DNA of 64,000 nt from Blasia pusilla (Eukaryota): assembly GCA_050084515.1 (NCBI GenBank), contig CM114271.1, positions 7,502,001 to 7,566,000 of the forward strand, read 5' to 3'. Made by a program: the position numbers and the translations under genes. Below the pieces are notes generated by a model. It was given only the letters and a program-made list of their open reading frames with translations. It did no database searches and was not told the DNA's origin. Below, piece by piece: positions 1-14,843 of the stretch (position 1 is its first letter; each line of letters begins with the position of its first letter).

Positions 1-330
1 TCCCGGCAGGTATGGGGCCAATGAGTGTGTCCGACTACAAAAGAATGGGTCTATCCAGCCTGTTACGGCTAAAAAAAATTGCTGCAATTAGAAGAGACTC
101 CCGGAGCATTAAGGAATGGCACCTAGGAATCCATTCGCATAAAAATCGAGCTCTGCGAGTGTAGTGAGGTGAGTGAGAGTGCAAGAGAGGAACCTATCAA
201 AGTAGAATGGAAATATTGAGCCCATTAACCCTAACTTGTCTAGAGAAGATGCCACACAAAATAGAAACCTGTCCGGATCATCAACTTCCCTCTTGAACTC
301 CAACAGCAGCAGCACGAGAGCATTGGATTC
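1..330 (-). pseudogene. LRR receptor-like protein/kinase fragment, degenerate; runs off the window start
   Basis: ORF 109-345 has an LRRNT-like 'LLLEFKREVDDP' and a plant LRR 'LAELDFYANGFLGAIP'. A second LRR-like 'L*SDTLIGPIPAG' with an in-frame stop lies at 1-60. Confidence 0.6.
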
Positions 331-1639
331 ACAATAGCATTGCATTCACGCCGCACGCGCAACCCAAGATATTACAACCATAGATGGATGCACCAAGATT
401 TTTTTGATGAGTGAATAACAAGAAAGGACCAAAGAAAGGAGCTTCATTGCACAAAAATTTTAGAGGACAATCTAGCCACAGAACAAAGGCAATAATCCAA
501 ATCCAAATCTGTACAAATGGTGGTAGCAATCCTACGTACCCAAGCACATAAGTTTCTTGCACAATACGGAGAGGACCAGATAAAGAGGATCCCTTCATCA
601 CACATTCCATTGGACAATGCAGCCGCACTACAAATTGAAGCACCAACTGAAGCACCAAACTAAAAATCCTTCGAAACGTGGCCATTATCATACGTACCCA
701 ACCTGAAAACGGATGGGATCTCCCCCAAGCACGAACACTTCCGCAGAAACATAAGGCCCTCTAGCAATCCCACTTTGTGCAACCCTACAAGAAGGCAAAC
801 TATTCCCGAGACCAAGAAGAAGCACCTAAACCTGGCGAAATCCGAGAGAACATTCCCTCCCTCCCGAAAATCTAATCCCCAACCCCAAATCTGGTCTGCC
901 TTGCAAAGACGCACACTAATTTCCACAACACTCAAGCGATAGTTCCCACAATCTTTGAGGACCTAGATAGGCAGAATCTGCAAAGCTCCAACTCCCACAC
1001 CCTAAACAACCACTATGTACCTACGCACTCAAGCTGTTGTGGCACATGAGCAGCAAACACGATTGGATTTGCATCATCACTAGGGGACGAAGGGAGGTAG
1101 TAGAACAAGCGGCTATAACATAATAGCTCTAGCGGACGAAGGCAGGTAGTAGCACAAGCGGCTACAAGAGTGGGGAAAAAAGACGACAAGCTAGCACCTG
1201 CAAAGAGCATAAGGTGCCGACATTGCACATTAGCCGGCAATAACAAGTACCTACAATCTACAAAGATTACTCACATGAGCTCGATCATTCCGTGACTGCT
1301 ACGAAGAACCGATGGCTACTGGCGAGAAGAGATGAGGGAATAGACGCACACTATCGCACACACCACACACATCTAACACACACACCACACATTTTTTTCC
1401 ACATCAAATTATGGGAGGAAAAGGCATTCCCCTTCCCAAATAAGTGGGCCTCCGGATCCTTAATCCACAGATTTTGATTCTTAGTAAAAGAATCCCACAT
1501 CACATTCATTCAAGAAAACACCAACATCCTCCCACGGAAAAGGGTGTTTTTGCGTGCGGTGAGATTTCCTATTCATATGATAATAATTTAATTTTAGTCA
1601 TTATAAAAATAAAATATTTTTTAATCATGAATTAAATTT

Positions 1640-2077
1640 TTAGTTCCAAACTTTTACAACTGCTGGTGCAACTAGTAGTACTACTCTGCAACTTCTAGTA
1701 CTACGGTTATATATTCCATGTCATTCTATAAATTAAACAAATTAAAATTCGTATTTGAATATATTAAAATTTTATACACTCTTCATACTTTTAATGATGT
1801 TTTACAACTAGGTTTGACTAACTTTAGTTTTTACGAGATCAAAGTAGTTGTAAATAAGACACGTCATTTTTTGAGTTTAGTTTATAATAAAATATTTATT
1901 TTTAATTTTTAATTATTCAAAAAAATTTGCCACATCAATTTTTTCTTGTCCATCTTAGTTTTATTCTAGAACTAAATTTTTACATGTTGGAACTTTTAGC
2001 CTATCTAGTTGTAAGACTAGGGCTTCTGGACTTAGTTGTAAAATTTCTAGTTCTAAATCACTCTTTTCCTTCTAGTG
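1640..2077. mobile_element. CACTA-type transposon terminus with subterminal repeats (non-autonomous remnant)
   Basis: Ends in ...CTTTTCCTTCTAGTG (reverse complement CACTAGAAGGAAAAG) at 2077, exactly where gypsy copy 1 is truncated. TACAACT/AGTTGTA motifs recur in both orientations upstream. The other terminus was not found. Confidence 0.5.
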
Positions 2078-4503
2078 CAGGATGTAGATGGTTTGAGTCG
2101 TAACCCATGCGCGAGTCAGCGAGATGCGACTGAAGCTTGATGGCATAGAGAGAGTGATAAGGAGTTGGTGCCAAGATGGCACGCGTCAGCCAATTTGGGC
2201 TTGTAGGCTATGGAGAGCCAGATTGTTGAGACTTCGATAGCGAGGTCTGATGGAAAGTCCTTAGATCTAGAGGCCGGTGAGGAGACAACAAGTGGCCGAG
2301 ATATTCACGACGATGGAGTAGTCTTGGAGTATCTGTGTACTGGTAGCGTCGTGAGCACAGTGGGTGCTAGAGAGCGGGATCGGATTCTACCGCAAGCCAG
2401 ACGGTTCCGGTGGGAGAGGACACATGTGTTGTGAGTGTGGGAGGACGATAGATTACGTGTAGTGCCTCATCCTTCACAGAGAGCACATTTGGTACGTCAT
2501 GTCCATGAGGAGTTTGGGCATTTTGGACTAAAGCGGACATATAGCCAGATACAGTATTGATGGCGAGGCATATAGATTGATGTTTAACAGTTTGTTGCCA
2601 GGTGCATGGTTTGTGATCGGGTCCGGGCATCATTCAATGCTCCGACTCCAGAGTTGCATCTACTTCCGATCATGGGCTTAGGTTATAGATGGAGTTTGGA
2701 TTTTTCAATACCTTTACCTTTGACCGAGTGCCATAGTTGTATGTGTTGGTGATGGTCGAGCACTTCTCGAAGTGGATAGAGTTGGTTGCATTGCCTGACA
2801 AAGTGAGTGAGGGAGTAGCGTATGCCTTCCTAGATCGAGTGCTGAGTCATTATGGCCCGCCAGCTGAGGTGTTGACAGACCAAGGTATAGAGTTTCATGG
2901 GTAGTTTCACATCTTGTGTGATCAGGCGTTGATCGACCACCACACATCTTCGCAAGATCATCTTGAGGCGGATGGACTAGCAGAGAGGATTGTGCAGATG
3001 GTGAAGAGAGGATTGCGCAAGTATGGCTTGCATAGAGGTTAGCTAGGAGATTGAGACCTCTAGTTGCCGTGGTTGGCGATGGGATACAGATATAGCAGGT
3101 AGATATCCTTAGCGTCTTTCTCACCGTACTTGTTGCTTTATGGACGAGAGCCAGATTTACCTATGGCCATCCGTCAAGATGTTGGTGAGGTGTTGAACCT
3201 TGATGACCCTGATGTATGGATGCGAGCATATTCTCAGAGAGATGAGTTTTTTCGGAGAGTGATATCCATGGCGTTTGAAAACTTGGCAATTGCGCAACAT
3301 CGGAATATGTTGAGGTATGCCATTATTCAGGGAGGTGGTTATCAACCTATTCTCTGGAGGTTTCATCAGGGAGACTATGTCTACTTGCACCAAACAACTC
3401 CCACGACGTTGGATGTGATTGCAAGGCGTACTATCTTGAGAGTGCGTGAGGTTTTGCTATTTGGTATTCTCTTATTGGAGGGGTGCGATGGTATGGTTTG
3501 GAAGGATCATGTGCGTAACTGTGTGCCATATCACCTTCCTTACATTGATGGCACAGTTGATCCAAGCTTAGCAATAGTTCTTGCAAGCTTGCAATGTATG
3601 TTGTGTGGTTCCGTCCGTGCTACAACCACCATGCTAGTCTATGATGGATGTCTGAGAGGATGGCATATGGCATGTTTGACGCCACCTCTCACTAGAGTTC
3701 CTCACGGATGATGGATGTGTCCCAGATGTACATAGAGTAGATAGTTCTAGATTCTGACTTGTGTGTGTAACATGGATGACAAGAAAGCGACTAACGATGG
3801 GGCCACATTAGCACCAGGCCTTTTTGCTCTTAGCGTCTGAGAGATGTATGTCATGGTAGGTAGGGATAGATGGCTATCTGGAGTTAGAGGAACCTAACCA
3901 CCAACTAGGGGATGTAGTAGAGCGTCTTCCGAGATACTGGAGGACAGCCTCAAGAGGTCGAGGATGACCTGTTGAGGCCACGGGTAACCTAAAAGAGCAA
4001 GTTTCCCATTTGTTTCCGCTCATTTGGAGCCATATAGAAAAACTTACTATTTTGGGTAAATTTCCATTTGGAATATAGTTGACTTTCCATTTTTGGAAGT
4101 GGCCCTTGACCCGCTACAATAAGTGAGCCAAGGAGGTGATTTGCGAGCATAGGTTACTGAGGAGAGAGCTTGGGAGAGGGAAGGTGGTATAGCTCCAAAA
4201 GAGAGAGCTTAAGAGCTCATTCTCTCTTTGTTGAACCTCGTGGCATGAGGCAATGGAACTATGGTCCTCCTTGCCATGTGTGTGTAACTCAAGCCTCTCA
4301 TTAGGAGAATGGGTTTAGTTGACATGAGAGAGAGTGCACACTATGGAGATCTTGGTGTGAGATGTTGATGTGAGATTTCGTTGATTTATTGGAGATATTT
4401 TCGTACTTCTCGTCTCGTTGTTTGGATTCCATGAGTTAGCATGGGATTGTGTGTGTTTGGTGAGAGCAATATATGTTGTGTAGCGATATGTATGCGTACG
4501 AAA
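2078..4503 (+). mobile_element. PHD-gypsy family copy 1: 3' fragment (RNaseH end, integrase, PHD, terminal A-B segment)
   Basis: Starts at QD(V)DGLSRNPC. Degenerate integrase is followed by a degenerate PHD finger 'CMLCGS...WHMACLTPPL' (ORF 3130-3711), a G-tract at ~3908 and A/B terminal sequence ending ...GCGTACGAAA. B1 and the start of A are deleted relative to the other copies. Confidence 0.85.
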
Positions 4504-5589
4504 TTACATCAAAAAGAGTTGAGAGGTGATTTATACCAAGGTGTGAGAGATGTTGTGACGAGATATAATACCGATGATTATGTTATAGGAAGACGAGTTA
4601 TTTTACTTTCTTCCTTTGTTGGAGGGCCTCAACACATGCATCAATTATATCATGATGCCATAGAAATTATGAGACATTTCGGGAAGCCTAACTACTTTCT
4701 GAATATTACTTGCAACCCTAAGTGGCCGGAGATCACTTTTGTTCTACTTCCTAGTCAAACAAATTCAGATCGTCATGACTTGGTTGTACGCATTTTCCAA
4801 CAAAAAAAGAAAGAGTTATTAAGGCTTATAGTGGATAAGCATATTTTGGAGAAATTGGTAGGACATATTTACGTCATGGAGTTTCAAATGAGAGGTCAAC
4901 CACATGTGCATATTTTGATTATTCTTGCCTAGGAGGATAAGCCAAGGACAATGTATAATTTTGATGATATTATATCTGCTGAGATTCTTGATTTGACTAC
5001 TCATTCGAAACTTCATGCAACTGTGAGAAATTTTATGATACATGGACCTTGTGGAGAACTTTATCCTAATGCACTGTGTACTGATAAAACAACAAAATAT
5101 GTTCTAAGGGCTACCCGATGCGTTTTACCTCCATGACAATGGAGAATGAGGATGGATGTCCGATTTATAAGCGATAATCTTCTTGACCTTTGTCTTAATT
5201 TTTTAAACATTGTAGCAGTATATTTTTCAAATTTTCTTTTAAGTACTAACATATTCTCCATATTTGTGTTCATGTAGACATGATAATGGTAGGTCGATTC
5301 ATAAGTCGAATCATGACTTTGATAATCGTTGGGTGGTTTTGTATAATCCGATGTTATATACCTTATTTGATTGCCATATCAATTTGGAGATCACAAATAC
5401 TGGGTGTGAAGTACTTCTACAAGTATGTATATAAGGGATCATATCCTATACTTCGGCAAAAAGTACAACTACGGAAGATATTATTGATAAGACATCATTA
5501 TATCTTGATGCAAGATACTCGAATTTCTTTTTTTTTAGATTTTTTTATAATTATCTTAGAATATTTCTAGATTGGACTCTTCAGTATAT
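4504..5589 (+). mobile_element. Helitron Rep (HUH) domain fragment
   Basis: 'GRRVILLSSFVGGPQHMHQLYHDA...GKPNYFLNITCNPKWPEI...MEFQMRGQPHVHILI', 'MIHGPCG' and 'KYFYKYVYKG' are Helitron Rep motifs; stops and frameshifts are present. Confidence 0.9.
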
Positions 5590-8500
5590 TTTCATGTGCA
5601 TACACATTGCTACAAAACATACATTGCTGTCACCAAACATACACACAAACACACACAATCCTATGCCAACTCATGGTATCCAAACAACAAGACAAGAAGT
5701 AACAAAATATCTGCAATAAAATAGCATCCAATCTCTCTCACATGTGTGCACTCTCACATATCTCTTTTAATGTCCAACCAAATCCATTCTCCTAATGAGA
5801 GGCTTGGGTTACACACACAAGGCAAACAAGACCATAGCTGCGTCCCCTCATGCCAAGAGGTTCAACAAAGAGAGAATGAGCTCTCAAGCTCTCTCTCCTT
5901 AAGGTATATCCCTCCCCTCTCCCAAACTCTCTCCATGGTAACCTATGCTCCCAAGTCACCTCCTTGGCTCTTGACCTGATATAGGAGGTTAAGGGCCACT
6001 TACCAAAAATATAAAGTCGACCATATACTCAAAATGGTACTTACCTAAAATAGAAAGTTTCTCAATATAGCTCCAAATGAGACGAAACGAAGGGGAAACT
6101 TGCTCTCTTTGGTTTTCAGAGGCCTCAGAAGGTCATCCTCGACCTCTTGAGCCTATCCTCCACTACTTGTGAAGGCGCTCTACTATATCTCACAGATCTA
6201 TTCTAAAAGACGTGACAGTTGTCGTGCGCATACACATCGCTATCATCAAACATACACACAAACACGCATGATCCCATGCTAGCTCATGGCATCCAAACAA
6301 CGAGACAAGAACTACCAAAATATCTCCAATCACCCCCTTAGCTGGTGGTTAGATCCTTCTAACTCCAGATAGCCATCTATCCCTACCTACCATGACATAC
6401 ATCTCTTGGACGATAAGAGCGAGAAGGTCGGGTGCTCATATGGCCCCATTTTTAGTCGCCTTCTTGTCATCCATGTCACAGACACAAGTCAGAATGTAGA
6501 ACTACCTACTCTATGTACATCTGGGACATAGCCATCGTCCCTGAGGAACCCTAGTGAGAGGTGGCGTCAAGCATGCCATATGCCATCCTCTCGAACATCC
6601 ATTACAGACTAGCATAGTGGCTCCACCACGGGAAGAACCACACAACATACATTGCAAGCCTGTAGAAACTAGTGCTAAGCTCAGATCATCTGTATCGTCA
6701 ATGTTCGGAAGGTGACACGGCGCATAGTTACGCACATGGTCCGACCTACCCAATAAGATTTCCTTCTAAACTCCATGACAACATGAAAATGCCACAAAGA
6801 TTCAAAAAAATCCTATTGAAACCATACCATCGCGTCCCTCCAATAAGAGAACACCTGATGGCAAAACCTCTCGCACTCTCAAGACGGTGGGCCTTGCAGT
6901 CACATCCAACATCGTGGGTGCCGTCTGCTACAAGTAGACATAGTCTCCGTGATGAAACCTCCGGATAGTAGGTCGATAACCATCTCCACGAATAGTCGCA
7001 TACCTCAACGTATCCCGACGTTACGCAATCGCAAAGTTCTCAAATGCCATGGGCATCACTCTCAAAATAACTCAACCCTCTCACAATATGCTCGCATCCA
7101 TACATGAGGGTCATCAAGGTTCAACACCTCACCAGTATCTAGACAAATGGCCGCAGGTAAATGTGGCTCTCGGCCATAAAGCAACAAGTTCGGTGAGAAA
7201 GACGCTAAGGATGCCTGCATGCTAAATCTGTATCCCATCGCCAACCACAATAACTTAAGGTCCCAATCTCCTAGGTGACCACTTTGCAAGCCATACTTGC
7301 GTTTTCCTCTCTTCACTGTCTACATAATTTGCTCCGCTAGTCTATCTACCTCAAGATGATCTCGCGAAGTAGTACAATGGTCAATGAGTGCCTGATCACA
7401 CAAGGCCTAAAACTCCCTGCGGAACTCTGTACCCTGGTCTGTCAACACCTCAGCTGGTGCGCCGTAATGACTCAACACTTGATCTAGGAAGGCATACGCT
7501 ACTCCCTCACTCGCTTTGTCAGGCAATGCAACCAATTCTATCTACTTCGAGAAGTGCTCAACCATCACCAACACATAACAACTATGGCGCTCTGTCAAAG
7601 GCAAGGGTCATGAAAAATCCAAACTCCATCTATAACCTAAGCCCATGATCGGAATAGGATGCAACTGTGGAGTCGGAGCATTGAACGATGCTCGCACCCG
7701 ATCACACACCATGCATTTGGCAACAAACTGTTGAACGTCAGTCTGCATGCCTTGCCACCAATACTGAATCGGGAGCAAGCTGTACGTCCGCTTCACTCCA
7801 AAATGACCCAACTCCTCCTAGGCGTGACGCACCAAACGTGCTCTCTACGAAGGATGAGGCACAACACGCACTCTACCATCCTCCCACACTCGCAACACAT
7901 GTGTGCCCTCCCACCGGAATCGTCTGGCTCGCTGTAGGATCCGATCCCGCTCTCTAGCACCCATTGTGCTCGTGACGCTGCGAGTACACAGGTACTCCAA
8001 GACGACTCCATCGTCGTGAATGACTTGGCCACCTATCATCTCCTCACCCGCCTCTAGATCTAAGGACTCTCTATCAGACCTCGCCATCAAAGTCTCAAAA
8101 ATCTGGCTCTCCATAGCCAACAAGCCCAAATAGGCTGAGGCATGCCATCCTAGAACCAACTCCTCACCACTCTCACCATGCCAACGAGCTCAAGTTACAT
8201 CTCACTGACTCGGGAATGGGTTACGGCTCAAACCATCGGCATCCTGGTTGAGCGTCCCACGTCTTTGCACCACTTGGAAGTCATACTCCCTCATACGAGT
8301 TATACTTTGCCTTTGCAGCGTTGTTCGAGCAACTAATGGAAGCCACCATGAACTCTCTACCATCATCGTCATGTTGGGTGAGCAGGCTCCAAGCCCCAAC
8401 ATGCTCCAATTGATATGCAACTGGAAAGGAGGCCCCCTGATTGGTCTCCTCAATATAGGCGCGGACATCAATCTGTCCTTCAGCATTTAAAATGCTCTCT

Positions 8501-9942
8501 CCTGCTCATCCCCCCAATGCCACTCCTAATCCACCTTGGTCAGCAACGTTAGCGGCTTCGCAATCAAACTAAAACCCTTGACGTACCATCTATAGAAGTT
8601 CGCCAATTACATGAGTGCACGAACTCGACTCACATCTATAGGGCGTGGAATGTGTGAAATAGCCTCTACCTTTGTCTAATGCACACCAAAGCCTCCTCGG
8701 TATATCGTATGACCCAGGTACTCAATCTGGTCGTAGAAGAACTTGCACTTGCCTGGATGTAGCTTCATCCCATGTTATTGCAATCATTGAAACACCTCCT
8801 CTAGATGTCGCTCATGCTCCTCAACCGTGGCGCTAAAGACTACGATGTCATCAATATAACACCTAGCAAAATCCAGACCTACCAAGATCCTATCCATGAC
8901 CCTCTGAAACTCAGCCGGGGCGTCCTTTAACCCGAATGGTAAGAACCGCCCGTGGTACAAACAATCCTTCCCGTGAGGATCGATGCCCCAAAATACCGTC
9001 TTCAACGTGTCCTCCAATCTGATAGGCAGCTGATGGTATACGACTCGCAAATCCAATGAATTGAAGACCTTTGCATGCCCAATTGCATCAAAGATCTCCT
9101 CAAGGGTGGGCATGACATACCGATCGAAATTTGTCTGCCAATTGATTGGTCGGTAATCTCCACACATCCGCCTATCCGTCCAGTTGCCATGCACATCCTT
9201 CTTGGCGGGCATGATAGTGGCAGATGCATACTCTCCATGTGACATCTCCACTAGTCTTGCTCCAACAAAGGCCTGGCTCCTACTTTGAATCAAAGCCCTC
9301 TCCATGTCACTGTACCTGTAGGGTCGTCGGAAGATCGGCATGTCACTCGACAACTCAATGCAGATCCCTAGACCCTTCAGTGTACCCAAATCATGCATAC
9401 TAAATGCAAAACAACTCTTATAACTCCTAAGGAACTGGTGTATCCCACGTTGCTCTCCTCCTTTCAACTAAGGGCCCATATCTGGCTCCCAAGTCTCCAT
9501 CATGACTACGGTAGGACTCTCCGGCGCAGATGTCGGTGGCTGCTATGGTGCAACCCCGTCTCGCACAATAGAACTCTCATCTCCACGTGTAGTACCCGGA
9601 ACCACGCTTGATGTTGTGGCTATCATCTCTTGGGGTACCTGCAAAAAATCCCAAGAAGTCCAAGGGTAAGTCCAAGGGTGTATCGATGTCCTCGAGTCTC
9701 GCCCCCAGCCACTTCCTCAACCATCTCGGTAGGCATGGGGCTCACCAACGCAACTTTTGTGATCTATTGTATCCTCAAATGATGTTGCTCAGCTACTCCT
9801 AGGCTGAAAATCCATGTCAAGCAGTTCAGGTCCATCGCTTGACCCAAGACATGACATCTTGATGCCTCCGATGGTGACGGTACTGCCGTCACTCTTGTGG
9901 GGAATCCCATCGCTTGCTCTTGCTCATCGGCATTGGGCTCCA
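5590..9942 (-). mobile_element. PHD-gypsy family copy 2: 5'-truncated (DNMT C-terminus, RT, RNaseH, integrase, PHD, B-AC-A-B end)
   Basis: RT with YIDD (8784-9467), RNaseH (8202-8486), integrase HHCC (7608-7811) and PHD (6511-6753). The DNMT tail 'ADEQEQAMGFPT...VLGQAMDLNCLTW' is at ~9810-9942. Terminal repeats B2 ~5590-5717 and B1 6220-6330. Confidence 0.9.
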
Positions 9943-12900
9943 CTATGAGACTTTTGGAGTAGGAGCAAAAGTCTCATAGTAGTCAAAACCTTTGATTTGT
10001 GAACACCCTTGTGCAACCAACCTCGCTTTGAATTTATCCAATGTACCGTCCGACTTGTACTTGGTCTTGTACACCCACTTGGTGCGTATTATCTTCTTGT
10101 CCTTTGGCTTCTCAACCAAAGTCCAAGTTTCATTTCTTTGAATAGCATCCATCTCCATCTGCATGGCCTCTCTCCATTAAGAATGAGCAAGGGCCTCATC
10201 CAAGCATGATGGCTCTTCCACCTTCAAGACCTCTGTCATCAAGGCCATGTTGACGAGATGTGCGAAAGCTCTATTCTGCTCCTCTAGTCTCTTGGATCTC
10301 CTTGAATGTGTAACAACTTCATCAGTTGCAGGTGGATCCTTACCATCCAAGAGCTGCTTTATCCACTTAGGGTATAACGACCGTAGTGGAAGACCGGGCT
10401 GCTCTTTGTAATCATCACCAAATTCTTCTTCTTGATGATCTGGTGTAAACATTGGTGGTATGCTTTGGTGGGTTATCTCTTTGTTTGATGATAATGTGGA
10501 CGGACCACTGATATCCGCCACTTGACGAGGTTGTTCCTAAAACACCACATCACGACTCACAAGCATCTTCTTTGCCTTAGGACACCATATGCGATAAGCT
10601 TTAGACTCATCACTATATCCCATAAAGATGCACTTTTTGCTCTTGGACTCCAGCTTGGTCCTGGATGCTTCAGGAATATGTACAAAGCACTCACTACCAA
10701 AAGTCCTGAAATGTTGGACTGATGGTACCTTATCTGAGTATGATTGATGAGGAGTCATGCCTTGCACTAACTTGGTAACACTTCTATTTGGAATGTAACG
10801 ACACTATTAACATCTTTAGCCCAAAATTCTTCTGTCAAACCTTTTTCTTTCATCATACATCTTGCCATCTCCACCACTATATAGTTTCGACGCTCAACAA
10901 CTCCATTTTATTGTGGTATATGTGTTGTGGTTAACTTTCACTTGATTCCATGCTCCCCCAAATATTTGTTGAATTCTGTTGATAAGAATTCTCCTCCTCA
11001 ATCGGTGCAAAGCTTTTGTACCTTCTTTCCTATCTCATTCTCAACCAGCTTGTGCCATACTTTAAATTTTCCAAAAGCACTTGCCTTACCACGAGGATAT
11101 ACACCCACATCTTCTTACTATAATTTTCGACAACTAAAATGAAGTAGGAAGAACCACCTAATGCCACTATTCTCAAATTACCACAAAGGTCAGCATGAAT
11201 CAGCTCTAGAGGAGCCTTTGCTCTATTGCTAGACTCTTGTGGAAATGGTTGTCGGTGTTGCTTGCCCATCATACAAGCTGCACATGTATCCGCCACTCCA
11301 AAAATTGTTGGAAAATCAACAACCATGCCAGATTTCTGCATCTGACTTAGTAAGGGAAAGCTTACGTCATCAAATCTTTCATGCCATAACTTACTGCTAC
11401 TAAGATCTATACCTACACTTGTCCTGAAGCATACAACTCATGGATATTTCCAGGTGGTATACCTTCACCGACTACTTTCCCATTGGCATCCTTAATGATT
11501 GCTCAAGTTTTCTTGAAACGAACTTCTAGGTCACGATCACATAATACTGCACTGAAATTCAAATTGCGCTTCAACTCTGTTACGTACAGTATATCAGTTA
11601 ACTTCTTTTATCTCCTTTTTGTGAGACTTAAGAAATTGAACCTTTCCCTTCTACACGGCACTTGCATTAATACCAACAATAACAACGATGGGCTCATGTA
11701 GAGGCTGTAAGGAGCTATACCAATCCTTATGATTGGTCATATGCCTAGATGCTCCACTATGGAGCACCCATGCATCTTCACTCTTTGACTTAGTGGAATG
11801 TTCTGCCTGTGTGCAAAACTCTTTGATTGCTACCCAAGCATCTACTTCATGTTCTCTTAGTTCTACAAAATTTCCAGACTCCTTCTTAGGTCTTAAACAA
11901 CCGTTCTTCTCATCCTGACTCCTCTTTCTACAATCTTTGATAAGATGACCTAGCTTACCATAATAAAAGCATTTGAAGGCTTTCCTTGGAAATTTCTTCT
12001 TGACATTTGAAATGTAATCATGATTTCTACCTCTCTGTACGTTGGCAGTAAATGTTGCATCACTTCCCTCTCTTGCTTTGAAGCGTATTTCCTCTTCTAC
12101 CAACATTGGACTAAATTGTTCAAAAGTAAGCGGCGTGGGTCTTACTTGAGTATTCAATGCAGTGACCAAACTGTCATACCTTGGAGGAAAAATCCTTATG
12201 CACTGACGTGCCAAATCTTCGCTAGACTTTGAAATTCCTATGGACGCCATTTGATCTTGAAGATTCTTGATCCTTGTCAAAAATTGCTCCACGCTTTCTC
12301 CTTCTAAAAATTTCTCTGACGTAAGCTGATTCTCCATATTTTAAATCCGAGTCTTATTCCTCATTTCATATTTTCTTCGGAATGTTCCACGCCTCAGCAA
12401 CAGTGGTCGTATGTTGAATGAGAGTCATTATAGAATCAGTTACATTCATGACAATCGCACATAGAGCATCAACGTTTATGTGTTTCCATGCCAGCAATAC
12501 AACAAGATCGATATCACCAAATGAAGATGATCATGCAGAACTCAAAGTAGCTTGTGGATTCGAATCGATCCTTGTGGATGTCTCCCAAATCTCAAATGAT
12601 TCGAGGACAGCTCTCATTTTGAACTTCCACAATGTATAGTTAGACCCATCTAACTTCCCTTCAACCAACGGGGGAGGGCAAGCATGAACTGACGAAGAAG
12701 TAGCCATCTCTCAAGATTCTGTGCAAACACACTAGATCGCCAAATACAAAATACTGGAAAACCTATTGCTTTGATATCATATGAGAAAACAAAAGTGACA
12801 AAATCACTGAAATCTTTATAAAACTTAGAGAAACAAAGTGGCCTAGTTCGTCCGTGCGCTCACAGAAGAGCTTCGATGGAACTTGAACATGGAGATAACT

Positions 12901-13247
12901 CGACATACGAGAATACGCTACCGCTGCGGCTCCCGACTATTTCTCTACTCGAGAAACTAGGGTTTTTTACCTATTTTTCTTTTTTCTATTAATAAATTTT
13001 TTTTTTCCAATTTTATCTAACCCTATTTTATCTATTTTATCTTACCCTATATTGCATCAAGATGCCCCGCACCCTGATGCAATATAGGGTTAGATAATCC
13101 TAGTAACGCTACTCCATAAACCACCTACATCATATTACTAAGACTCCTTTGACGTCTAAGTCGGAACCATTAATCTAAGCTTCTCCTCATACAAGAGGGC
13201 TGATCAGATTAATAGTGCTCAGAGAAGTGGATGTTGAGAATCCAACA
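9943..13247 (-). mobile_element. Ty1/copia LTR retrotransposon, 3'-truncated within RT
   Basis: 5' LTR TGTTGG...CTCA at 13247-12782; PBS TGATATCAAAGC (tRNA-iMet-like) at 12779-12768. Gag with a degenerate zinc knuckle, protease 'WVLHSGASRHM', integrase 'LELIHADLCG' and 'SKKCIFMGYS', and RT start 'KFKARLVAQG'. Confidence 0.9.
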
Positions 13248-13589
13248 AAGAATGCCACGACATTGTTTAACATTGAAGATTGGAGTTACGATCATGCTAT
13301 TATGGAATATGAATGGAGCAAAGGGACAAGCAGACGAGACTCGCTTGGTGATTGTTGGATTTGGTTGTCATGTTATTGATGTTGTAATCATGACCGGAAA
13401 AAAGATTGGAGCTCAAGTGTTTATTCCACACATTCCATTGATTGCATAAGATTCAAGATTACCTTTTGATTTACAACGATTTCAATTTCCTATTCGACCT
13501 GCCGCAATGACGATTAATAAGTCTCAAGGTCAAACATTACAGAGAGTTGGTATTTACTTGCCAAATCCTATATTTTCTCACAGAAAACT
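13248..13589 (+). mobile_element. Helitron Pif1-like helicase, C-terminal part (interrupted)
   Basis: 'HCLTLKIGVTIMLLWNMN', 'QFPIR', '[25 protein letters not shown]'; the frame resumes at 19162. Confidence 0.9.
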
Positions 13590-13802
13590 CTCGGGGGTCT
13601 CACTTCCACGGAAGAGACCCATCACGTATGACAAAGTATAGGGTTTTTTAATTCGATTTCAGAGAAGACTTATAAAGTTTTGTGGAAGAACTTAAGGATA
13701 TTTTTAATATAGAGAAACACTTATAATAACAATAGGGCATTATTAATTATAAGTCTGTAGATGGAAGATGTTTAAGGTAGTAAGAGGCAGATAAAAAAAG
13801 AT

Positions 13803-14725
13803 GAGACCAAATTTAGGGTTTACGATTTTTATTTTCATGTATAGGTGGTCATTTCAAGTTTTGACTTTTCCCTTCTATTCTTGGGCTTGGATTGCCTCTT
13901 TGGAAAAAGTTTCATGATTTTTGGAAGCCTTGTTGAGGGGGAGGGAAGAAAACTAGGGTTCAAGACGGTAGAGGATGGTTCTTAGTAGAAATGTTTCAAG
14001 GATTTGTTTTATTTTCATGTTCAATTTTTGTTCCAACCATTGGATGGTGTTGAAACTTGGCACGTGCCTTTGAATTTAATGCGTTGCAAACTTCAACGAT
14101 TCAGATCCGCTCTCTTGGCTTCTATACTCAAACAAATAATAAGAGACCACTATTAGGATTTACGATTTCTATTTTCATGCGTGGGTGGTCATTTCAAGTT
14201 TAGATTTTTTTTCTTGTGTTACTAGGCTTGGATTGCCTCTTTGGAAAATGTTTCATGATTTTTGGAACCCTGGTTGAGGGGGAGGGAAGAAAACTAGGGT
14301 TCAAGACGGTAGAGGATGGTTCTTAGTAGAAATGTTTCAAGGATTTGTTTTATTTTCATGTTCAATTTTTGTTCCAACCATTGGATGATGTTAAAACTTG
14401 GCACGTGACTTTGAATTTAATGCGTTGCAAACTTCAACGATTCAGATCCGCTCTCTTGGCTTCTATACTCAAACAAATAATAAGAGACCACTATTAGGAT
14501 TTACGATTTCTATTTTCATGCGTGGGTGGTCATTTCAAGTTTAGATTTTTTTCTTGTGTTACTAGGCTTGGATTGCCTCTTTGGAAAATGTTTCATGATT
14601 TTTGGAACCCTGGTTGAGGGGGAGGGAAGAAAACTAGGGTTCAAGACGGTAGAGGATGGTTCTTAGTAGAAATGTTTCAAGGATTTGTTTTATTTTCATG
14701 TTCAAATTTTTTTCCAATCATTGGA
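13803..14725. repeat. Tandem repeat, ~340-bp unit x ~2.7, inside the DNA transposon
   Basis: CAAGACGGTAGAGGATGG recurs at 13961, 14302 and 14642; the units are near-identical. Confidence 0.9.
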
Positions 14726-14843
14726 TTTGTTTTTTTATTCATGTTCAAATTTTGTTCCAACCATTGGATTGGATTTTGTTCCAACCATTGGATGATCTCT
14801 AGTCCTCTAGACAATCTCTAGAGGACTAGAGATTGTCTCCCAA

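Noticed and set aside
340-1500. CA-rich region resembling a retroelement leader/LTR remnant
   Set aside because: No termini, coding motifs or second copy to support a call.
13044-13090. 16-bp inverted repeat ACCCTATATTGCATCA
   Set aside because: Inside the copia LTR; single instance with no evidence of function.
13803-14725. Repeat array as CRISPR-like
   Set aside because: 340-bp near-identical units with no unique spacers, in eukaryotic TE context.
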